This document shows, piece after piece, positions 48,580 through 55,897 of a DNA stretch of 55,897 nt. The position numbers and the translations under genes were made by a program. This stretch comes from Octopus bimaculoides (Eukaryota): assembly GCF_001194135.2 (NCBI RefSeq), contig NC_068992.1, positions 54,197,225 through 54,253,121 on the forward strand. Direction: 5' to 3'. The notes under the pieces were generated by a model, which saw only the letters and a list, made by a program, of their open reading frames with translations, had not been told where the DNA came from and did no database searches. Within the stretch, counting starts at the first letter, position 1. Each line of letters opens with the position of its first letter.

Positions 48580-48807
48580 TCATTGCCAGTGCCGCCTGAC
48601 TGACTCCTGTGCTTTTGCCATGTAAAAAGTGCCCACTACACTCTCGGAGTGGTTGGCGTTAGGAAGGGCATCCAGCTGTAGAAACATTGCCAGATCAGAT
48701 TGGAGCCTGGTGCAGCCTTCTGGCTTGCCAGTCCTCAGTCAAATCGTCCAACCCATGCTAGCATGGAAAGCGGACGTTAAATGATGATGATGATGATGAT
48801 GATGATA
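48580..48807 (+). mobile_element. RTE-type 3' UTR / tail
   Basis: GCCAGTGCCGCCTGACTGACTCC...AGGAAGGGCATCCAGCTGTAGAAAC...GCGGACGTTAAATGATGATGAT. Confidence 0.8.
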
Positions 48808-49239
48808 TATATATAAACACAGAATATATAAGATGTTTTCATCAGCTAATTAATGAGTATGTACCATGAGTATTCAGTGTAGTTTACCACTAAAACTCTA
48901 GGCTAAACTGTAGCTGATAGTGTGATGTTGAGACAGCCTATCAGAGGCAGCTAAAAATGGTTTCTCTTTGAACGGATAGATGTAGATTAAAGTAAAGAAT
49001 GAGAAAGCAAAACATGACTCGAGAAAGATGGAGAATATAAGCATATAGAGTCTCTACAGCTGTTTCTAGAATAGTGAAGCCTATGGATCATGATATTGAG
49101 TAAGGATTCCATAAGCTGAGTAAACCGTCATCAGAGAGGAAATAGTGAGAGAGATGTAAAGTGAGGAAATATCCTTAGTCAAGTATATTAGTATATTCCG
49201 CTTTGTCAAAAATGTGGAAAGGATCAGAGTAAGGTACCT

Positions 49240-49376
49240 TTATCAAATCCACTCACAAGGCTTTGGTCATTTTGAGGCCATAGTTGAGGGCTTTGCCCAA
49301 GGTGCCATGTAGTCCGACTGAACCCAGAACCATGTGGTTGGGAAGCAAACTTCTTACTACACAGCCACACTTGTGC
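49240..49376 (-). mobile_element. SINE-A 5' half
   Basis: CAAATCCACTCACAAGGCTTTGG...GACTGAACCCAGAACCATGTGG...CTTACTACACAGCCAC. Confidence 0.85.
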
Positions 49377-50397
49377 CGACACAGGTATGTGTTACATCGT
49401 TCCATGATTGAATAAATAATAGTTATAGGTAAGGTCCATTTGCAGTTTCAAATGAGAATGTCTGATGGTAATCTATGGTATGGAATAGACATACATACAA
49501 ACACACATACAATACTTACAAACATACATACAATACATACAAACATACATGCAATCATGCATACATACATACATCCATAAAGAATTACATGTGTGTGTTC
49601 TGCTTTTGGTGTGTGTTTGAGTGTATATATATATATATATATATATATTTGTATATGTATATTTATATCAACTTATGAATGGGTGGATGGATGTGTGTGT
49701 ATTTTCATTTGCTTACGCTTGTCTTATGTATGTTTGCGTGTTTTTATATAAATTAGTTTTTGCGTGTACATTCATGGTTGTGTGAGTGTGTTTGTGTTTG
49801 TGCTTATATGTGGGTTAGCATGCTCACAATCACACATGTTTTAGTGAGCATAATTTTTTTTTTTCGAACACATATATATATGTATACAGGTACATATGTG
49901 TATGTGTGTGTGTGTAAGAGAGAGAAAGTGTGTGTATATGTGCGTGTGAGTGTCTGCGTTTCTATTTGTGTATGGAATAAAACGCTGTTTGGTAAATATA
50001 TAAATCTCTCTGCATGAATCAATTGTGTGTGTGTATGTATGTGTGCATACATGTGTGTATGCATGTGTGTGCTTGTGCATATGCGTGCTTGCATGCTAAC
50101 AAGCAAATATATATTTATTGTATGCAAATGAAAATATGAAGTAAATATGAAGCCAGCACATGAAATTTTGCATGATTACTATTAGACATATTTCAATAAG
50201 CCAGACATCTAAATAATTCTCCATTATCAGTTTACAGAATCAAATTACAGGAATGCTTGGATTTTATCTTTCTTTCCCTCTTTATTGCCCCATACCTCTC
50301 CTTTTCTCTCTCACCCACGCATCTATCTACCTATCTATCTATCAATCTAGGCACACACACTCACACACATATATATACATCCATGCAAAAAGATATG

Positions 50398-50448
<51 letters not shown>

Positions 50449-50911
50449 NNNNNNNNNNNNNNNNNNNNNNNNNNNNNNNNNNNNNNNNNNNNNNNNNNNN
50501 NNNNNNNNNNNNNNNNNNNNNNNNNNNNNNNNNNNNNNNNNNNNNNNNNNNNNNNNNNNNNNNNNNNNNNNNNNNNNNNNNNNNNNNNNNNNNNNNNNNN
50601 NNNNNNNNNNNNNNNNNNNNNNNNNNNNNNNNNNNNNNNNNNNNNNNNNNNNNNNNNNNNNNNNNNNNNNNNNNNNNNNNNNNNNNNNNNNNNNNNNNNN
50701 NNNNNNNNNNNNNNNNNNNNNNNNNNNNNNNNNNNNNNNNNNNNNNNNNNNNNNNNNNNNNNNNNNNNNNNNNNNNNNNNNNNNNNNNNNNNNNNNNNNN
50801 NNNNNNNNNNNNNNNNNNNNNNNNNNNNNNNNNNNNNNNNNNNNNNNNNNNNNNNNNNNNNNNNNNNNNNNNNNNNNNNNNNNNNNNNNNNNNNNNNNNN
50901 NNNNNNNTATG

Positions 50912-50944
<33 letters not shown>

Positions 50945-51007
50945 GTATATATATATATGTATGTATATATATATATGTATGTATATATATATATGTATAT
51001 ATATATG

Positions 51008-51040
<33 letters not shown>

Positions 51041-51046
51041 GTATAC

Positions 51047-51077
<31 letters not shown>

Positions 51078-51079
51078 TT

Positions 51080-51400
51080 GTGTAGGTGCTGTGTGGTAAG
51101 AAGTTTGCTTCCCAAACACATGGTTCTGGATTCAGTCCCACTACAAGACATCTTTAGCAAGTGCCCTCTACTATAGCCTCAGAATGACCAAAGCCTTGTG
51201 AGTGGATCTGATAGAGGGAAACTGAAAGAAACCTTTCATACATATATATATGTATGTATCTATATGTGTGCGTTTTATGTCTGTGTTTGTCCCCACTACC
51301 ATTGACTCTTCAACCAATGTTGATGTGTTTACATCCCCATAACTTAGTGGTTTGGCAAAAAAGACTGATAGAATAAGTACTAGGCTTTAAAAAAAGTAAG
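51080..51400 (+). mobile_element. SINE-A, 3'-truncated
   Basis: The head, central (TA/TG)n tract and 3' half up to AGAATAAGTACTAGGC...AAGTCCTG are present. Confidence 0.85.
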
Positions 51401-51653
51401 TCCTGAAAGAACAAGTTTGTATGTCTGGAAGACACCAATTTTACTTAGCTTGAGGTATCTTAACAAGTACAGCAAATCACCACATTTCCCAATCCTTTGT
51501 CATTCGACCCTATTTTTTTTTTTTTTTTTTTTTTTGCTGTTTTTGCAGATTCCCATGACTCTCTGTCACCATCCAATTCCATAATTATGAATTTGAATTG
51601 AGTGCTTGAGTCATAGTGACTCTTTCATTAGCTGACTACATAACCAAGGACAC

Positions 51654-51717
51654 CAGTCAAATCGTCCAACCCATGCTAGCATGGAAAGTGGACGTTAAAC
51701 GATGATGATGATGATGA
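51654..51717 (+). mobile_element. RTE-type extreme 3' tail stub
   Basis: CAGTCAAATCGTCCAACCCATGCTAGCATGGAAAGTGGACGTTAAACGATGATGATG. Confidence 0.85.
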
Positions 51718-52028
51718 CCACCCCTATGGATGCTTTGTAGTTATTCCCTTGATAAAGCTTGGTGATCCTGACCGTTGATCTTCTAGGATTCCTCAGCTCA
51801 GCATCAATGTAAGAAGCACCCTTGGCTCAGTTGAGCCCTTCTGCTACCCCTTCATAATCTGCCATGCTACAGTCCAATAACTTCACCATACCCTTGGCAG
51901 GGTAACCAAACAGGTGCTATGCCTTGTCAAAGGACAGCCCATAACTATGCAGGGCATGGATGTTACTCCGTAAAGTAGTTTCAAAATACCTGCATTACTA
52001 ACACCATTCAACACATATTTTGGATTAT

Positions 52029-52300
52029 ATATCTAAAGGGTAAAGGCCCCCTTTGGTCATGAATGACCATGGTATTGCACCTAGAATGTTCCCCTCCAAG
52101 GCACAAGTCTGGGCAAGGTTGTTTATAGAAGACCAGCAGTCACTCATGCATACCAGCCTTCCTTCTCCATGCTACTGGTATTATCCAAGGGAAAGGCAAA
52201 GGCCGATACAGCTTGGCACCAGTGATGTCGCAACACATTTCTACAGCTAAGTGAACTGGAACAAAGTGAAATAAAGTGTCTTGCTCAAGAACACAACGCA
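52029..52300 (-). mobile_element. SINE-F, 5'-truncated
   Basis: Co-linear with 4960-5230: GGTCATGAATGACCATGG...GGCACCAGTGATGTCGCAAC...AAGTGTCTTGCTCAAGAACACAAC. Confidence 0.88.
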
Positions 52301-52828
52301 CATCCTGTTATTTAGTTTAATGGAAGAGAAAATTAGTGCTGAATACATCTGGACTAACCAGTTTGAGGCTTAAAACTACTTATACACAAGTAGTCATTTC
52401 TCTGACATGGCCATCCCCTCAACTCCCTACAACAATTAACCTAACAATGGAGTGGTAATCTGATCTGCTAGAAATAACAACCAAATCCCCTCAAATGAAA
52501 TCCTAATCCCTTCATACAAGCAGGTTACATTGAACTTTGTAGTCCTAGATATATGCAAATATGGGATGAGATGATCAAGAGTGGAATACCAGTGATATTT
52601 AACATGGTTTCTTTAGGGATGACCTGAGGTTGAAGAATTATAACAGCAGCAGAAGTTCCACTGAGTTGATGGAGTAACCTCAATGTGGTCATGTGAGATG
52701 AAAGAAATAGCAGCCAAATTTCTCTCGTCATTCATGGGTCAACAAAATAATCTAACAATCTAGTCACACTAGGTCACTTCAATCAACTAACACCTTCCCA
52801 TTGTAACTAAGAAATTATTATTATTATA

Positions 52829-53236
52829 GGCGCAGGAGTTGCTGTGTGGTAAGTAGCTTGCTTACCAACCACATGGTTCCGAGTTCAGTCCCACTGCGTG
52901 GCATCTTGGGCAAGTGTCTTCTACTATAGCCTCGAGCCGACCAAAGCCTTGTGAGTAGATTTGGTAGACGGAAACTGAAAGAAGCCCGTCGTATATATGT
53001 ATATATATATATATGTGTGTGTGTTTGTGTGTCTGTGTTTGTCCCCCTCTAGCATTGCTTGACAACCGATGCTGGTGTGTTTATGTCTCCGTCACTGAGC
53101 GGTTCGGCAAAAGAGACCGATAGAATAAGTACTAGGCTTACAAAGAATAAGTCCTGGGGTCGATATGCTCGACTAAAGGTGGTGCTCCAGCATGGCCGCA
53201 GTCAAATGACTGAAACAAGTAAAAGAGTTAAAAGAG
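52829..53236 (+). mobile_element. SINE-A, full length and least diverged (reference copy)
   Basis: It runs from GGCGCAGGAGTTGCTGTGTGGTAAG through the central (TA)n(TG)n tract to GACTGAAACAAGTAAAAGAGTTAAAAGAG. Its CpGs are retained, and it sits in a (TTA)n tract present on both sides. Confidence 0.95.
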
Positions 53237-53539
53237 TTATTATTATTATTATTATTATTATTATAATTATCATTGTTGTTGATGTTGTTGTTGCTGTTAT
53301 TTCTAATTCAAAATATTCCCATATATTCATTTTAGATCCGATCACACACTAGTCTTCATCAGCAGCATTATCATCAAAAATCTTCAGCATCATCATGATT
53401 TTTTCACCATCTTCATTAGCTTTTTCCACATCATCATCATCATCACCATCACCATTATCATCATCATCATGCTCAACATCAGCATCATGTCGATGACTCT
53501 TTTTCCAACGAGGACTCTGCAAGTCTACAACTCGTCGAC

Positions 53540-53645
53540 AAACATCTCAAATGTTGAATCATCTTTCATCTGCGAAGCCCAAAATCTTGAGATCTAACCA
53601 CACAGCTTCCTCCCATGTCTCCATGTCCTCCTTGGTCAATTTTTA
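53540..53645 (-). mobile_element. Decayed RTE ORF2 C-terminal fragment
   Basis: The minus strand translates to KLTKEDMETWEEAVWLDLKILGFADER, aligning by eye with KTWAEVVRQDLRTLGLTEA at about 19996-20052. Confidence 0.6.
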
Positions 53646-53781
53646 CTGTTGGTGCCTGTTGCCTGTCACTATCAGCAAACTTCAGAGGTTTTTTTTATTG
53701 TATTTTATTTTGTTTTCTGTTTTTATTTATTTGTCATTTTTTATGAACTGTTCTTATAAGCTTAAGGCTCAAGTAGAACCC

Positions 53782-53782
<1 letters not shown>

Positions 53783-53821
<39 letters not shown>

Positions 53822-53842
53822 CTGACTGACTGACTGACTGAC

Positions 53843-53874
<32 letters not shown>
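53783..53874. repeat. (GATT)n(GACT)n(GATT)n compound tetranucleotide repeat
   Basis: Read directly from the sequence. Confidence 0.95.
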
Positions 53875-53883
53875 GTATGCATT

Positions 53884-54033
53884 TAGCATGTGATTGGCAT
53901 CAGGAAGAGCATCCAGCCATAGAAACCATGCCACAACAGACAATTGGAGTCAGGACAGCTCCTTGCTAGCCGGCTCCATGTCAAACCGTCCAACCCATGC
54001 CAGCATGGAAAGTAGGCGTTAAACGATGATGAC
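53884..54033 (+). mobile_element. RTE-type 3' tail
   Basis: TTGGCATCAGGAAGAGCATCCAGCC...AAACCGTCCAACCCATGCCAGCATGGAAAGTAGGCGTTAAACGATGATGAC. Confidence 0.8.
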
Positions 54034-54669
54034 ATGTATGCACTTAGCATGTATGAATATATGCATGTTTGTATGAATGCATGAATTGTGTGTGCATATG
54101 TATATGTATGTATATATGTATACATATGTATATGTATGTATATATGTATACATATGTATGTATGCATGCAGGTAGGTAGGTGTTTTATTTATTTATTTAT
54201 TGATGATTTTTAATTATTATTATTTTGGCTTAATTTCATTTTATTATTTTCATTTTCTTTATATCCTGTTTTTGTTGGTGTTGTTTTTGTTTTTTTGTTT
54301 TTCTTCCTTATCAATGACAACCACTCTCACTAAATATATTTTACAGTAACTTGATCTCGAAAAAGTAGAGATTTAAATTGATGAAATTATTTGGTCTTCA
54401 ACTAGATAAAAAATTTTCTCTTGTTTGTCTTCAATTTCTGAATGAAGTTTGTATTTCAAGATATAAGCATAGATTTGTGTATGTGTGTGTATNNNNNNNN
54501 NNNNNNNNNNNNNNNNNNNNNNNNNNNNNNNNNNNNNNNNNNNNNNNNNNNNNNNNNNNNNNNNNNNNNNNNNNNNNNNNNNNNNNNNNNNNNNNNNNNN
54601 NNNNNNNNNNNNNNNNNNNNNNNNNNNNNNNNNNNNNNATACACACACACACACATGTATATATATATC

Positions 54670-54733
<64 letters not shown>

Positions 54734-54809
54734 TATATATATCTATATATATTTTTATATATATATATAAACACACACACACATATATATGTATACGTAC
54801 GTATATAAT

Positions 54810-54840
<31 letters not shown>

Positions 54841-55650
54841 TTATATACGTCTACATACATTTGTGTGTGTGTGTGTATGTGTGTGTGTGTGTTATATTGC
54901 TTTAGATTTATTAACATCAATTTTAACCTTTATTCAGTCATAGGTTAGGTGGATGTGCACATTCAAGCATTTATATTTATTTAATTTAATTATACATCTG
55001 GCACCGGGCCTAGATTAAAATTCTTGGAAACCTAATGAGTAAATGGATTCTATCGGCCATCTTTGTTTAACTACTGTAAACCAAAAAGAAAAAGAAAAAG
55101 TTTGTAGTTTTCCGATACTTGGAAGAGTTCTTTGTCAAACTGAACGATTTTACAATCTGATCTCTCTTAAATCCAATTCTCTCTGACATAAACTATTCAA
55201 TTATTTATAAAATCGTATTTAGGAAACTGATACCCCTTGAGCACTTGTCAAGATATTGAAGAAAATGTCTGATGGAATAATATAACAGTCAATTAATCAG
55301 CCATGTCTTTTATTTATCATAAATAACACAATATCTTTCTTAAACTTGAATGCATTCAAAATATTGTGACTTTGCAAAACAATAATAGCTGGTTTGTGTA
55401 TGTTTACAAACTTTAGAATAGTGAATCTGGTTGAGTGAATACTGTACATATTAGACAGCTAGGACGTAGTTTGGTACTTTGAATTTGTTGCAATGTTTCA
55501 ATTGAGCTTACGGTCAGGTGTTCAGGAGATTTTTCAGTACTACATTGCCTTGCTTGTGGTTTCTGCTGTTCAACCCCACACCTAGGATTGGACATATGGG
55601 ATTGTGCTGAAAAGTTCCTATCTTTAATGGTATCACAAAAGGCCTGCTTG

Positions 55651-55720
55651 GAGGTCCAACCTTCTCAGTTCTTTTACAGGNNNNNNNNNNGAGGTCCAAC
55701 CTTCTCAGTTCTTTTACAGG
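55651..55720. other. 30-bp exact overlap duplicated across a 10-N gap
   Basis: GAGGTCCAACCTTCTCAGTTCTTTTACAGG occurs at 55651-55680 and 55691-55720. Confidence 0.9.
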
Positions 55721-55897
55721 GCTTAGATAAACTGAAGGACCACTGCAATAAGTGTGTGAATCTGAAAGGGAAATATGTTCAATAAAATCAAAATTAAATG
55801 ATCCTCCTTTATTTTCTTTTAACCAATGCCAGGAATTTTGTTGTCCTTCTCTGAAATTTTTGAAAATTACATATATGCACACACACACACACACACA

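Larger units (their letters stand above)
6231..55690. other. 19 assembly gaps
   Basis: N runs at 6231-6477, 7756-7765, 8667-8839, 11928-12251, 16327-16336, 19297-19360, 20095-20410, 24196-24596, 26332-27056, 27999-28566, 34630-35329, 39571-39648, 41639-42186, 42865-42874, 44647-44953, 47974-48369, 50449-50907, 54493-54638 and 55681-55690. Confidence 0.98.

Noticed and set aside
11-55894. The roughly 250 entries of the six-frame ORF track taken as genes
   Set aside because: Nearly all are translations of (TA)n, (CA)n, (ATT)n, (CAT)n or (CT)n tracts, SINE bodies or N-gaps (YIYI, HTHT, poly-I, poly-X). Only the RTE fragment within 19930-20448 has a recognisable protein motif.

Overview
This is AT-rich, repeat-dense eukaryotic DNA from a fragmented short-read scaffold with 19 N-gaps, most of them bordered by (TA)n or (CA)n tracts. 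The repeat families look like those of an octopus (coleoid cephalopod) genome; that assignment is from recognition, not from a search. No long protein-coding ORF is supported, because the ORF track is almost entirely microsatellite or gap translation. The window reads as intronic or intergenic DNA. It contains about 20 copies or fragments of one tRNA-derived SINE (my label SINE-A) and four more modular SINE families (my labels B, C, D, F). It also contains RTE-clade LINE 3' ends, a decayed CR1/L2-like reverse transcriptase (RT) fragment, three piggyBac-like TTAA MITEs, several degenerate tandem repeats and four gap-flanking false duplications. The most interesting observations are two hammerhead-ribozyme-like motifs of the minimal, Penelope-associated type (502-538 and 28567-28594, both on the minus strand). 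The second lies downstream of a tRNA-derived Pol III head, suggesting a ribozyme-bearing SINE, but an assembly gap cuts it in half. Also notable are a well-formed 24-nt candidate microexon (37089-37112), an 18-bp minisatellite with a coding-like substitution pattern (40544-41100), and a SINE whose 5' end is triplicated (46339-46409).
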